A stretch of 64,000 bases of DNA from the human T2T-CHM13v2.0 reference genome, Homo sapiens, in NCBI RefSeq assembly GCF_009914755.1, contig NC_060934.1; one strand, written 5' to 3'. The notes below the pieces were generated by a model. The model worked only from the letters and a program-made list of their open reading frames with translations, had not been told where the DNA came from and searched no databases. Below are positions 1 through 13,312 of the stretch, in pieces. How positions within the stretch are numbered: the stretch's first letter is position 1; each line of letters opens with the position of its first letter. Position numbers and translations under genes: made by a program.

Positions 1-476
1 ACACAATAAAATACCATTTGGTCTTAAATAAGAAGGAAATCCTGTCATTTGAGATGACATGGATCCACCTGAGGGACATTAGTAAGTGAAATAAGACAGG
101 CTTTACCACATGATCTAACTTACATGTGAAATCTAAAAAGGTTGAAATCATAGAAGCAAAGAGTGGAACAGTGGTTAACATGGGCTGTGGGATGGGGTGG
201 AGTTGGGGAAATAATGGTCAAAGGATACAACATTGCAGCTGGATAAGATGAACATGTTCAAGAGATCTATTGTACAACCCAGTGAGTGGAGTTAATAGAA
301 CTGTATTCCTGAAAATTGCTTAGAAAGTATTTTGTGTTCTTACCACAAAAAAATGTTAAGTATGTGAAGCAATGCATGTTAATTATCTGGATTCAGCCTT
401 TCCACAATGTATACATATTTTAAAACATCATGTGGTACATGATAAATAAACACAATTTTATTTGTCATTTAAAAAA
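1..476 (+). mobile_element. L1MA-type LINE-1 3' end (ORF2 tail and 3'UTR), runs off the window start
   Basis: 'aagaaggaaatcctgtcattt...catggat...agtgaaataagacagg' and 'ttcaagagatctattgtacaac...aattttatttgtcatttaaaaaa' match the recalled L1MA 3' consensus. Confidence 0.8.
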
Positions 477-1234
477 TTACTTAAGGTTTAGAAAGTAGAA
501 ATTAGAATAGTTACCTCTTTAAAGATATTTGCACAATTAAAAAGATTTTTCACGTTTCTTTTTTGAAAAGTAACATATATACAATCTAGTACTAAACCTT
601 AACAGATAGTTATTTTTTTAAGACGACAGAAATGTGAACATTTTACTTCTGATGAAGAGAATCTATAAGAGAGAAAGATGGTGATGCTAAACAAATGAGA
701 AATTATAATTATTAAAATACAACAAGGTATCTGGGATAGAAGCAAGACAGGTGGAAAGATTCACTCATGCTTTGCCCTGCCAGGAGGGAATATTCCAGTA
801 TAATGGGCAGAAAGGAAGAAAACATAGAATGAATGCAGTATGATTAAAAGTCTGGTGATAGGATAAGGATGCATCTCTAGTCTAGTGGCTTCAATTTTCT
901 CAGCAAAGTAGGAGGACAATTCTGATAGTAAGGAAGGAATGGCAGGATTTTAGGTTTGAGAGGGTGAAGCGGGTGAAAGCACTGCAGAGACACTGAGGGA
1001 GATAACTAGGAATTACAGAAGAATTGTCAAAGAGCATTGAAGCCTCAAAACTCATCTTAAGTTGGATAAGTACACAATTTTAGGAGCAGTGATAGGTAAA
1101 TGGCAGAAAGTATATACAAGTATTAAGTAACTTCAGGCTCAATTCCATCCACCGAAATGTTGGGACTTACAGAAAAGCAGATTCAATATGGAAGACGTGG
1201 CTCATATCTGTCATAGGAATAATAGAAGAAGTAG

Positions 1235-1415
1235 TAGTAAACGTTTATTGAGTACTTACTGAATCTTCTGTTTAAATGTTTTACATAAATTTTAGTACAC
1301 GGCCAGTAAATAGTGTTATTATTTTCAGTGTTCTAATGAGAAAACCACAGCACAAAGAAGTTGAGTAATTTTCCCAAGGTCAACCAGCTACAAAGTGCAG
1401 AGTTTTAAACAGTGA
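1235..1415 (-). mobile_element. MIR SINE fragment
   Basis: 'tttattgagtacttact...aatgagaaaaccacagcacaaagaagttgagtaattttcccaaggtcaaccagcta' is the antisense MIR core. Confidence 0.7.
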
Positions 1416-3409
1416 ATCCAATGCATGTCCAGAGAAAAGTGAGCAGGACAGCAAAGGATCTCTGCAATATAAGGAAGAATTAGATAATTGAGGATATTTT
1501 GCCTAAATAAGACAGGCAGCAGCAAATAACGATTGCTTCAATACTTAAGTAGTTGCTATATGGAAAAGGAATTAGAGTTTTACATTATGTTTCTTCAGGG
1601 AGCAAAACTAAAACTAATATGCAGAAGCTGCAATGAAGTAGATTTCATCTGGAAAGAATGATTTTTGTAGCCATGAGAAATACAGGTGAAGTAGAAGGAG
1701 CAGCTTCAGAAAGTGAAGTTCCAGTGACCAAGGAGTTTGAGCCCAGAAAGGGATGTTAGGAAGGACTTTATACATAGGTGAGAGAGGACTTGCTAGTTTA
1801 TGTAAAGTTCAACACCCATTCTAACACTGAAAGTCTGCCTCTAGTGTGCATTTTATTAACCCCAATAAACATTTACTTTTTTATTTTCTCCCCAGAGTAA
1901 GCATGTTGGCAGATACATGAAGCACTTGGATCCATGTCATGACAATATTTGGATATAACAGATAAGACATAATGCTTTGCCAGGACTGCTAGACCTGGGC
2001 TTTCAATTGCTTCCAGGGCTATAATAAATTCAGATGTTGGGGGAAGAGAGAGGAAAGGAGAGAGTGCTTTTTGTTGTTGTTTTTTGTTTTTGTTTTTGTT
2101 TTTTGCAATGTAGCCCCTTCCCAAGAGTAAGAAAAAATATTCTTCTGACAATTGTAAAGCTGTTTCCTGCCAAAATTGTCATTGTTAAAGCTTTTAAAAG
2201 ATAATCCATATGTCCCCACACTTCATACTCTTGCACTTTCATGCAAAGAGCTCAAATAAGAAAATTTGAAGTTTTTCTCTGAGTAGAGGTCAGTGTTTCT
2301 GATGCAGTGCCAGTTTTAATGAGAAGATTTTATTTTCTCTCTCTCTTAAGAGAATGGCACGAGGAAGCTACATGTTAAGAAGTTAAGATGGTCTCTACTT
2401 GGACCTGATGCCAAAAGAAGGTTCATGCCATATTTTATTTGACATTGTAACCTTGATTTGGCTGCCCAATTTATTGAAAAGATTAATATTCTCTACAGGT
2501 TTTAGATAGCAAATTTTAAGTTTTGATCCTGACTTGCCTTAGAGAGCCTTTCTTTATAAAGCAGCTCTCGTTCTTTAATCTTATAGCAACCTTACTGTGT
2601 TCTTGCTCCTGTTCTTCAATGTGGTATTGTTTGTTTACCTGTTTGTGTAGAATGTTAGGATGCCACAGTTAAAAACAACACACATCCCAATTCATTATGA
2701 TCCATAGGCATCACATGCTGCCACTAATATGTACGGTAAAGCTTACACCATCCAATCTGAAGCAAATGACAAATTCCTGACTCTTTATTTCAGGCACTTC
2801 TCTCCTTGATTTGTCTTCTTCAACAGCTGTCATCTTTGCAATTTCTCCCAAATCAGACCCTATATTACTAAGCAATGTACTTGCACACTTTCATCTTTGT
2901 AAACTACTGCATGTCTGCTGCTTTATAATTTTTATTTTATTAATTGAGAATAGATTTCTACCCATTTTTCAATAACATGCAGCAATCTTAGTCACTAAAT
3001 ATTGTTTAAAATAAATTCTGCAATTTTCTTACCTGAAAATCAGATAGTTTTACTTTTTGCTTCAAATTATTACAAAGCTATCGTATGGGAAGGCAGTCGT
3101 GCAATTAAACCCTGGTTATTAAGAATTTTGAGAGGGAAATCGAACATGGAAATATCACAGCTGAAATATTTACACTTAAGTCCTTGTACTTTTTTTGCTG
3201 ATTGTTGGAAGCAAACCCAATCAGCAATTTTGGCAGTGAGTAGCTATAGTGTAAAACAAAGATGGAGATGTGGATACTTATCATGGAGATGTGTGTCCCT
3301 TTCAATTTGGTCTGTCTGATGAACAGGGAGAGAAACATTGCTACTTTATTGTTTTGGTTGTTATTGTTTTCACAACTTTCACCTAACTCTAGTACTCTAG
3401 TAACTTGTC

Positions 3410-3462
3410 TGGGAGACCTGGGCTTGAGTCTGATTTCCATCACTTGTCAATGACTAGAAAAT

Positions 3463-3498
<36 letters not shown>

Positions 3499-3595
3499 CC
3501 TCCCTCTCTCTCTCTGCATTCATTTCTTCATTTGAAAATGAAGAGCTAGATTGGATACTCTCTAAAATCCTTTCCAGCTCTAAAATCTTGTTTTT
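3410..3595 (+). mobile_element. MIR/MIR3 fragment interrupted by a (CT)n tract at ~3463-3514
   Basis: 'gagacctgggcttgagtc' 5' part; 'catttcttcatttgaaaatgaag...aaaatcctttccagctctaaaatc' MIR3 3' part. Confidence 0.6.
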
Positions 3596-3956
3596 ATGAG
3601 ACACTATTTCTGGAATGAGCAATTAAGAAATAAATAAATAAAAATTTAAGTGATGTGATAATCAAGATTATGTAACTAAAAAGATATGAGAGAATAAATT
3701 ACCTTTTAAAATTCCTGAACAACTCAGTGGGGGAATTATTCTGCCTCAGTGAAAATATAAGAGAGGAGGTCAATGTTCTGTGTTATCACATATTTTTGAC
3801 AAAGCCAATGAGTGAGGCTACCGTTAAGTGCCAGCATTGGAGAGTTTGCATGCAAACACAAAAGAAGTAAAAAGCGGAAAAAAGAAGAGGTGTGACAAAT
3901 GGAAGGTAGCCTGATCATCTGCCTGCAGCCTGGCCTTCTCTCTCTTTTCTAAAATA

Positions 3957-4239
3957 TTTTTTGGAGACAGGGTCTCACTCTGTTGCCCAGGTTGGAGTGC
4001 AGTGGCCTGATCTCAGTTGACTGCAACCTGTGCCTCACGGGTTCAAGCGATCCTCACACCTCAGCCACCTGAGTAGCTGGGACTACAGGCACCCACGACC
4101 ACACCTGGCTAAGTTTTGTAATTTTAGTAGAGACAGGGTTTTGTCATGTTGACCAGGCTGGTCTCAAACTCCTCAAGGGATCCCCCCGCTTCAGCTTCCC
4201 AAAATGTTGGGATTACAGGTGTGAGCCACCATACCCAGC
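3957..4239 (-). mobile_element. AluJ-type SINE
   Basis: Dimeric antisense Alu from 'gagacagggtctcactctgttgcccagg' to 'gtgagccaccatacccagc'; heavy CpG decay. Confidence 0.93.
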
Positions 4240-4249
4240 AGTTTTTTTC

Positions 4250-4428
4250 TTCTCATTCATATTCATTCATTTATTCACTCATTCAACATGTATTCACTGA
4301 ATGAATATTTATTAAATGCTTATGATATACCTGAAACTCTTCTAAGAACTGGGACTATATCATTGAACAAGAAAATTTTCCATACCTTATGAACTTTACA
4401 TTTTAGTTAGGGAGACAAAAAATAATTA

Positions 4429-4473
<45 letters not shown>

Positions 4474-4640
4474 GTGTAGTTCAATTTAACTTCAGATATA
4501 CAATGCTCAAATAAAAAATGAAGCACTATAATAAGATAGAAACTGACTAGGTATTTAGATGGAGAGAGAAGGTCTCTCTGAGGAGGTAACTTTGAGTAGA
4601 GACCTGTATAAGTGAGGAAGAGAACCATACAAAGATTTTT
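4250..4640 (-). mobile_element. L2 3' end fragment
   Basis: (ttca)n tail followed by 'aatatttattaaatgcttatgatatacctg...' and 'ggtaactttgagtagagacctg'. Confidence 0.65.
4434..4470 (+). repeat. (CA)~18 microsatellite
   Basis: Read directly. Confidence 0.97.
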
Positions 4641-4789
4641 AGAAGGAGCTAAAGTTTTATTTAGAAGGAGTTCAGTTTTGTAACTGAGATCTTTGCTTCT
4701 ATTATATTTTCTAACAGGTTGTTGTGAGAAAAGACTTAGAAAGACCTATTGTGTACTTACAAGGAATATTTAAATGCCGAAAGTGGAGC

Positions 4790-5160
4790 TGCTATGGTCT
4801 GAATGCTTGTTTTTTTACAAATATTCATATGTTTAAATCCTAACCTCCAAGGTGATGGTATTAGGAGATGGGACCTTTGGGAGGTGGATGGTTAATGAGA
4901 GCAGAGCCCTCATGAATGGGATTAGTGGCTTTATGAAAGAGGTCCCAAGGGAGCATGTTTATCTCTTCTGCCATGTGAGGACACAGTTAGAAAGTATTAT
5001 CTATGAACCAGAAAGTGGGCCCTCACCAGACATCAAATCTGCCCGAGCTTTGATCTTAGACTTCCCAACCTCCAGAACTGTAAGAAATAAACTTCCGCTG
5101 TTTATAAGCTACCCACTTTATGGTATTGTTTTATAGCAGCCCAAATAGACTAAGACCCTA
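4790..5160 (+). mobile_element. MLT1A-type MaLR solo LTR
   Basis: 'tgctatggtctgaatg...ccctcatgaatgggattagtg...cctccagaactgtaagaaataaa...atagcagcccaaatagactaagac'; flanks ggagc/ggaga resemble a 5-bp TSD. Confidence 0.88.
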
Positions 5161-5238
5161 GGAGATTTAATGAAAATAAAGTACTTCTAGGATCTAGGAG
5201 TCAAAATATCATTATGACAATATTGACAATATTCCTGG

Positions 5239-5373
5239 GTTTTTTTTCTTTTTCATAGTGACAGGGTCTCACTAAGTTGCTCAGGATGGTCTCAAACTCC
5301 TGGTCTTAAAAGATCCTTCTGCCTTAGTCTCCCAAATTGCCGGTATTACAAGCATGAGCCACTGTGCCCAGCC
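5239..5373 (-). mobile_element. FLAM-type Alu monomer
   Basis: Single ~130-bp antisense left arm with T tail. Confidence 0.85.
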
Positions 5374-5434
5374 TATTCCTCATTCTAAGAGAGAATAGTG
5401 AATTAACCTATGCACACGGGTTCCAAGATCTTAC

Positions 5435-5472
5435 CTGCCCATTTGCTCATACAACTGGTGACTGCTCATTGA
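5435..5472 (-). other. Candidate 38-nt internal exon of an unidentified minus-strand transcript
   Basis: Minus strand reads cccctttctccattcttttag|TCAATGAGCAGTCACCAGTTGTATGAGCAAATGGGCAG|gtaaga; long pyrimidine tract and near-consensus donor, in non-repeat DNA. Confidence 0.35.
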
Positions 5473-5889
5473 CTAAAAGAATGGAGAAAGGGGCTTTGCT
5501 CTATTTCTACTTGTGTACCTCAAGATGCCAGTGTGGTTCTTCTGTGAGATCACTAAAATATTACTTGATAGTCTTTTAACTCACTGTTTTTTGATCCATG
5601 AGGCAGATAAGATAGCCTAATTTGTGATATGCCTCCAACCTCTTAACTTGTGATAACTCTAAGGTTAGGTGGGACATCCATATTTCTTTAGGGACAACCT
5701 TCATACTGCTGTAGTTCTTAGAGTTGTGCTAGAGAGACAAAGTTATGGGATTGAGCCTTGCAAAAATCAGTGACCAACTTGTCATCTCATAAATATGTGG
5801 TTGGTTACAAAAGGTCCCTGATAAGAAAGTATGAATGCATACAAAATTTATCATAAATTCCTTCAACATAGAAGGTATGCTTTTTGCCC

Positions 5890-6226
5890 AGGAATTTTAA
5901 CTTGTTATTTCTTCTCCCTAGAATGATTTCTCCTCAGCTGATAATATGTATCACTTCTTTAATTCTTTTCAGGTTTTTGCTCAAACTCAGAGAAGTCTTC
6001 CTTCACCTCCCTATTTAAAACTGATCTCTACTCTCATTATCCCATATCCCCATTTCCTGCTTTATTTTCTCTCCAAAGCACTTATCACCATCTAATATAT
6101 TTATTCCTTATTTATTGACTTTTGCCTATTGAAATGTGAGCTCCATGGGATCAGGGATTTCTGTATCTTTTATTCAATATTTTCCCAAGGCCTATGGCAA
6201 CTAATATTGGTTAAGTGAATTAATGA
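5890..6226 (+). mobile_element. L2 3' fragment
   Basis: 'aatgtgagctccatgggatcagggatttctgtatc...gtgaattaatga' is the typical L2 terminus. Confidence 0.7.
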
Positions 6227-6431
6227 GTTCTTAGTGTGTTTTTGTTAGAGTTTGGTATATTAAGTGCTCAGTACAGTGCCTCGTACATAGTAAATACTGA
6301 ATAAATTATACCTATAATTATTATTCATAAACCAACTGAAATATATATTTTTTGATACTAAACAATTAGATCAGTCATGTTAGACCATTCATATCACTAT
6401 TTTCAATTCTGCCAATTTTAGAATCTAATAT

Positions 6432-6748
6432 TATATTAGTCCATTTTCATACTGCTGATAGAAACATGTCTGAGACTGGGAAGAAAAAGAAGTTTAATTG
6501 GATTTATAGTTCCACATGGCTGGGAGGCCTCAGAATCATGGCGGGAGGCAAAAGGCACTTCTTAAATGGTGGTGGCAAGAGACAAACCCCTGATAAACCC
6601 ATCGGTTCTTGTGATACTTATTCGCTATCACGAGAATAGCATGGGAAAGACCGCCCCCTATGATTCAAATCCCTCCCACAACACGTGGGGATTCTGGGAG
6701 ATACAATTCAAGTTGAGATTTTGGTGAGGACACAGCCAACCCATATCA
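6432..6748 (-). mobile_element. THE1C-like MaLR solo LTR
   Basis: 'tattagtccattttcatactgctgata...gagactgggaagaaaaaga...acacagccaacccatatca'; 5-bp flanks aatat/aatgt. Confidence 0.9.
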
Positions 6749-7344
6749 AATGTCATTTTCTTTTTAAACCTCTTAAAACATTTATATTAGTTAAAAATAA
6801 CTTCATAAGGCAGAAGAAGTAAGTCTTGAGGTATAAAGCATTGATCTCTACTCTCATATCCCCTCTTGGTCTCCAGGGTTTTAAGTGCACCAAAACAAAA
6901 CAAAACAAAAACAAAATAAAAAACCAACAACTATGTACAATGTACACCTTGGCCACTATTGCTGGAAGGCTAACTTTTATTAGCCTGAAGGTTGTTAATG
7001 CAGGCTTTATCACTGAAGAGATTAATGTAAAATTGCTGAGAGTCTGCCAACAGGGTAAATGTTCCCAGAGAGATGGCAAAAGCAGCAAGGTAAGAGATTT
7101 AAATGCCTCAACATTTCTTATTAATTTTTAGTGAAAATGTTAAACAGTCGAATCAACGTATGGTGGAATTACAATTCAGCTCACAGTTAGTTTGTAAAAA
7201 TTTCATGCAGCTTCAAAAAGTCTGGTTCAAAAACTGGTGCACTGCTCACCATCCATACACATTATAAAATTAAAAAGTTCTGGATGCCGCAAGTGACCTC
7301 TACATTTGCAGTTGTTAAATCCAAGAACTTTAGAAACTAGAAAA

Positions 7345-7422
7345 CATATGCTTAAAAACGAATTGTTGTTTATCTAAAATTCAAATCTAACAGAGTCTTC
7401 TCTATTTTATCTGGCAAGTCTA
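7345..7422. mobile_element. MER53-like hAT MITE, one arm
   Basis: 'ttgtttatctaaaattcaaatctaac...tattttatctggcaagtcta' matches one arm of the palindromic MER53. Confidence 0.65.
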
Positions 7423-7739
7423 ATTCATGGGGAAAATACATTCTACTAAAATTCTGCTGCTAAATTAACTTTTCTTAAAACAATGGAGACATTGGTATCC
7501 TTAACAACATTAATCAATTAATTAAGACATACATTCTTGCAATGACAAAACATATACAATTTGCTTACTGGTCTCTCTGAATTCATAATCACTAACTTTA
7601 AGAGGGCGTTTAGCATACACCTGCAATCCTACTACATTTTGCTGGAACTTCCCTACTGTCCTAGATGACCATCTCCTAACTTTTCTTCACCTCTTAAATA
7701 TGCAACAACCCTACCATTTTCTTTTGTTTTTGCAGGTAC

Positions 7740-8945
7740 ACTTTCTTCCCCTTTCATTAACAAATAGAAGCAACTGGAAGAGCTCTTCTACTTACTTTCT
7801 CAACATCTATTCACTCTCTCAGTCTATGCCCATGGCCTTTCTTCCTCTGTCCTTTCTGTCTCAGTCCTAAGGCCAATCCTTCCTCTTAAGCACCAGATCC
7901 CATCTCCTTTTGCCTCTTAGGGGTATTTCTACTACAATTGTTGTCTGCTTCCCTCCTTCAAGATCCTCAACTTTATCTTCTCTAATAGATTATTTCCATC
8001 AGCATTCAATCATGTAGCAATATTTTCATCTGAGAGAGAGAGAGAGAAGGAGGGGAGGAGGGAAAAAACAGGGAAAGGAAAGGAAGGAGAAAAATGCCTC
8101 CTTTGGTCTCATATCTACCTTCAAGTATAATTTCATTTATTTGTTTCCTCCTTCACATAAATCCTGCTTAAAATGTTTACCTACTTACTACTTTCAATTC
8201 ATTCTATGGTCTTTCCTCCCTTGAACCCACTCCAGTCAAGATTTTGACCCTTCTTCACTGAAATTGCTTCTGTCTAATTTACCACTGACTTCCGGGAGCT
8301 GAATCCAATGGCACATTCTTCGTCCTCACCTTAATTGCTGTATGAGTTTCCTAGAGCTATTATAATAAAGTACCAGTCTTATCTTACTATAATCTATTCT
8401 CTACACAACAGCCAGAATGATCTGTTAAAAGGTCAGATCATGTTACTTCTCCATCTAAAACCTCTAATGATTCCCCCTTTTTTCAGAATAATTAACAATG
8501 TCCTTACAATGGCCTAAAAGCTGGCCCCTCCCCAGTCATGACCATCAACTCCCAAACCAATGCACCGTTCCCCTTATGTCCCTTTCACATACCTCAGAAT
8601 TTACTCTTCCCACTCTTTGGGACCATCCTCCTCCAAATTTGTCCAGGATATTTTCATGACTTTCTCACTTAGTTTCTTACTTCTATGCAAAAATGTCCAC
8701 TTAAAAAGGTTTTTGCCTTTTACAAAAAAAAAAAAAAATCCTCACCAGTAACCCAATTATGCCTTTCCCACTTTGCTTTTCACCTAGGCTTAAGACCACC
8801 TGACACATTACAAATGAATAAAAGCAGTTATTTTGTATCTCTCCAGTTTGTTGCCTTTCTCTCCCACTCTACTGGAAACTAACTTCTAAGAAGACTGAGA
8901 TTTTTATCTCTTGTTTTCTATTGCTAGTGTTGAAAGAATCACTGA
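7740..8945 (+). mobile_element. L2 fragments (decayed ORF2 and 3' end)
   Basis: 'ctaaggccaatccttcc...agatcccatctcc', 'cacaacagccagaatgatctgttaaaaggtcagatcatgttacttctcc', 'gtccttacaatggcct'. Confidence 0.6.
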
Positions 8946-9366
8946 ATCAATCAGAACATAACTCTAAAAAGTTAATCAGAGTTCAGTTCTGTACACCAAG
9001 TTAAAGTCTTGTAACCAGTGAATACCTAGAGCAAAATTAAGAAAAGATTGTCCTTTAGAATGCAGAAACCTATGCATACTTATAAAATCTTATAAAATTG
9101 TTACACTGTGAATTAAACATAGTTTTCTCCTTTTTAAATTAGCATTAGTCTCCAAAGAATTTTTTCTAGTTGGACAAAGACTGCTATTACTTATATTTTC
9201 TCTCCTTTGTCACCTTAAAAAGTAAAATTTTTTGCCAGTTATTCTTTTGTTTCCCTTAATATAAGATTAGAACCTCTGTAGCCATTTCAACATACAAATT
9301 CAGCCTATATCTCTCCTGCCAAATGTCTTCTGTACTAATTTTATATTTTATATTAATTTTTTATCA

Positions 9367-9406
9367 TATACAAAAGGTTAATCTTTTATACAAAAGGTTA
9401 ATCTTT
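9367..9406 (+). repeat. Perfect 20-bp tandem duplication (tatacaaaaggttaatcttt)x2
   Basis: Read directly. Confidence 0.95.
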
Positions 9407-11234
9407 ATTCTGTGTCCTGCTGAATACTTATCAGAAGTTTAATCTCCCCCAGACACTTTTATATGAATATTTATAGGGTTGACATTGAATAATAAAATGA
9501 AAGCTCCTGATACTCTTGCCCTGTCACATCTCAAATAGTTTTTTTAAAAAGTGTCAATCAGATTTATAGCACTAACTAAGTCACATAATTGAGCACAGCT
9601 TGAAGACCCTAAATTTACCAACCATAAAAGGAATAATTTTAGGAAACGTTTGGAGCTCTGTATGTAAGTTACTGGCAGAGACCTTCATGAATATTGGTCC
9701 CATCTCCATGCAGAGAAGAGAAGATCTTGGCCTCTGATCTAGTTGTGGGGTTGGATGAAGCTAGCCTAGTAGTTGTGAGCCTTGTCAGGCCCTTTGGGAA
9801 ATGACAGATACAGGCTCATTATCTTTGGTGCCATGACTACGACAAGCCTGAAATCTAGAAACATGACTATTAACTGACTGGACTCATCTAGGTATGTTCC
9901 GTCTCTCCTACTCTTCCTGGTAGGGAGCAGAACATAGCATTCAGCCCAGAAGCTGATGTTGCTAGGAAAAAAATCCCATGGGAAAAAAATCTCTCTCACT
10001 GATATTTCTCACTGGGAAATGCTCATTGAAATAATGCCTTTCAGGATCCTTTGATAATATTATTCAATTTTGTCCTTACGACAATATTATAAAGCTTTGC
10101 TCATCCACCCTGGCTGAATATGAGTCAGCTGAAAAAATTAAAAAAAAAAAAAAAACAGAGATCCAGACCTTCCTACAAACTGGATAGGACCCAGACATCT
10201 CTGTTTTTTAAAGACTCTCCCAGTGATTTAATACAAATACACAGAGCGGATAAAAAATTATGTAAAAAAGATTGGCTGGGCCTATGTAGTTACTCTGTAT
10301 AACAAGTAAGAAAACAGGTCAGACAGGTTAAGTGACTTACCCAAGGTCACACTGCCAACACAAGGTCTTCTCTTGCCATCATATCATGGTGCCCTCTCCC
10401 AGCTTCCCCAATTTCTACTATTTCATATAAATTTTCTGCCTTTTCAGTTAATGAAGCTTATTTCAGCTCAGAGGAGAAAAACATGAACAAAATTGGACTA
10501 AAATGGGTGTAAGAATTGGTTCATGGAGGATAAAAAGCATTGGATTTCTGCCAGACCCTTCAGGATGTGAATCAGTCAAAGAAATCAAGTCAACACATAA
10601 TAATAACAACAAAAGCAACAACTCTTTTGGTATTTTACATAGTAAAGCCCTTTGCATGCTGTAATTTCAATAATGATTCCTGCAAATGCAAAAGTCACAC
10701 AATTTTATCTCTGTCTTTGTATTCTTTTTTATTTCAGACATTCTTTGTATAGGCTTAGATTTAAACAACATAAATATCTGAGAATCTTTACCCAATCATG
10801 AGTCTGAAAAAGTCAATTGATGGATTCTTATAAACATTGTCTAACTTCCCCGACCCATCTGTTTCAATGCCAGCATAGGCCAGTAAGGCCACATTTGTCC
10901 ATTGAGGATTTAAAGGCCTGATGTTCTAAAAGTCTGAAAGATCCTCAGCTGTGGAGAGATGACAGTGTCAGAAATTCCTGACTAGCAATATTTTTATATG
11001 ATCATAACTTCTTTTTAATCATAAAACACCTCTTTTGTTTTATAAATTTTTTCCCTTCACCTTTCTAAACTATTCTCAGAGATTACACTTTCCAAAAAAT
11101 GATATTTTTGTCACATATTACAACTCAAGGGCCAAAACAGCTGGTTTATGATTTATAAGTACTTTGTGAATTGCTTGAGCTGGTGGGGAAGGTTAGACAA
11201 TAGGAACGAAGTTTTCCTACTATAAATCATTGAG

Positions 11235-11430
11235 TCACAGAATCTTAGCTTTCTAGAACTAGAAAAGATAAACACAATCTAATATAAGTCCAACACATTG
11301 CAGGCGAGAAAACAGGCCCCTGGATGTTGGTAACCAGTTGGGGCCAAACAGGGAATTCTGGACAGAGCAGACAGTAGAAGCCAAGTTCGTTTGCCTTGAC
11401 TCCCATGTATTTTCCTAAGCCAGACTGTCT
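11235..11430 (-). mobile_element. MIR3-like fragment
   Basis: 'cacagaatc...tagaactagaaaaga...caggcgagaaaacaggccc...tagaagccaagttc...gactccca'. Confidence 0.55.
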
Positions 11431-11982
11431 ACTTTGGAGTATGAGATCCTCTGAGCACATCTAACTCTGTCTTCTCCTTCAAGATTCAATTCATTTGCTG
11501 CCTGGTATTACGGAATTTCAGGAATGAAAGAGATGCTAAAATCATCCTGTCCATTCAGGGTTTGACTTTTTTCTACCATGGTCCCCACCACAGGGTCAAG
11601 TACTTTAGTAACAAAACTCCTAATGAAGCAGCCTGTTCCATCTTTGGATACTTTGGATTAAATAACTTATAATATTTAGCTAAAATGTTTTCCTAAAGCA
11701 ACTGTTAAAAAATTGATCACTTTTGTCATATAAGAGTCTCTTATATACTTGAACATAGGTATAATAAGGACACCTTTTTTGCATTTTCCCCAGAATAACC
11801 ATTGCTTGCCTTTAAAATTTCTTCATGTTGTGCCATCCTAATTGCTCTCCTTTATATGCCATTAGGTTTTGAAATATGTCTTAAAATGTGGTATTCAGAA
11901 TTAAACACATTATTGTAAGGACTGCTAAGAACAGAATTTTTCTTTCTTCTTTCTAGAATATTCTCTATTAAATAAAGCCCAT

Positions 11983-12223
11983 AAGTGCTCAACAGGAGTG
12001 ATATCACCCCCAAGAGGCTGAAAACTGGTTCTTGGGGAAAAAAAACTTACTTTTTTTAATGTATAAAGCACATATAATGTACATAAAGTACATTAACAGA
12101 TGTGTTATGTACTTAAATATCTGTGGTATTCAAATTTCATTGGGGAAGTGATCAGAAAAAAACATTTTTAGGGACTCCTTAAAGGGATAATAGTTTTTTT
12201 TAAAAAAAGGCTGTGAAACAGTG
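11983..12223. mobile_element. MER112-like hAT-Charlie MITE, within a probable L3/CR1 remnant (~11500-12900)
   Basis: 'gatatcacccccaagaggctgaaaactggttcttggggaaa...atctgtggtattcaaatttcat...aaaaaggctgtgaaacagtg'. Confidence 0.75.
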
Positions 12224-13312
12224 ATATAGCCTAAGATCACACTAGCACATTAGCTATTTTATCAGAGAATCATACTATTAACCCCTATTGAGGTTATAGT
12301 CAAGCACAATCCTTAAAACTATCTATCTAACCTACTTGTACAACTGTTGAAAGGTATTTTCACTACCGCGAGGTTTCCAGTGTGTTTGGTTGGTTAGATG
12401 ATTGGTTTGTTTTTGAAGAGTAGTAATTTTTTTTTTTTGCCTAATTTTGTTACTATAAGAGCACAAAGTTAAATTTATTTCTGATAAAATTGCCCTTGTT
12501 AGGTTTTATCTATTCCCGCCTGTCCAGATATTTTGGAATGTAATACATTCATTATTTGAAGCTCTGATTATTTGCAAATTTTATCTCCTATCATCTTGAT
12601 TGCTCATGCCAGTAATTTGCAGAAACAACGTTAAGAGAACAGGGCTGAGAATATTGTCCCGCACACACCTTTTCCATTTTGTGTTAAAGTATCAGCAGTA
12701 TGTTTTGACTAACATTTCTTCATCGAGGTATTAATGTTACTAACTGTACATTTCCTTACATAAAATCCATAGTTTTCTATTTTTTTTTATTTGTACACTC
12801 TGAGAAAGAATGTCAAGTGTCTCACAGAAATCCAGATTGCCTGGCTCTAGTATACTTTCTAACAGCCTAGTAAGCCAAGTGAATAAAGAAGCAAGATTTA
12901 GTCTTTTGTTTTTCTTTAATAATTCTGTGCTGGCTCACTCTCATTACTTCTTCAATTTATCTATACTTAAGAGGCTCTTTTTAGTAGTCTGTACAGACAT
13001 CTCTTCCCAGCACAGCTTAAATATTCTATTGACTGCATTTCTCCCTATAACAGTATTTGTCAGTTACATCTAGTTGGCTCTTGCTCTGTTTGTTTTCATG
13101 TGCATATGCCTTAACTTTTCAAAAAAGATTATAAACTCCCAGGGTTGAAGCATATACTCTTACAGTGCCCACAGCTGCCCATTAAAGTATCACAGAAGAT
13201 GATAAAAATAAATTGTTTGATTTACTAATAACAAACTACTCACTATCAAATCAGATTGATGAAAGGATCATGAATCATTCACTCACACCCTAGCCCAGGT
13301 TTACAGATTGTT

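Noticed and set aside
6984-7089. Plus-strand exon candidate (ttttattag|...AAG|gtaaga, open frame LKVVNAGFITEEINVKLL...)
   Set aside because: Short pyrimidine tract, no partner exons found on + and peptide unrecognised; cannot be told apart from a pseudo-exon
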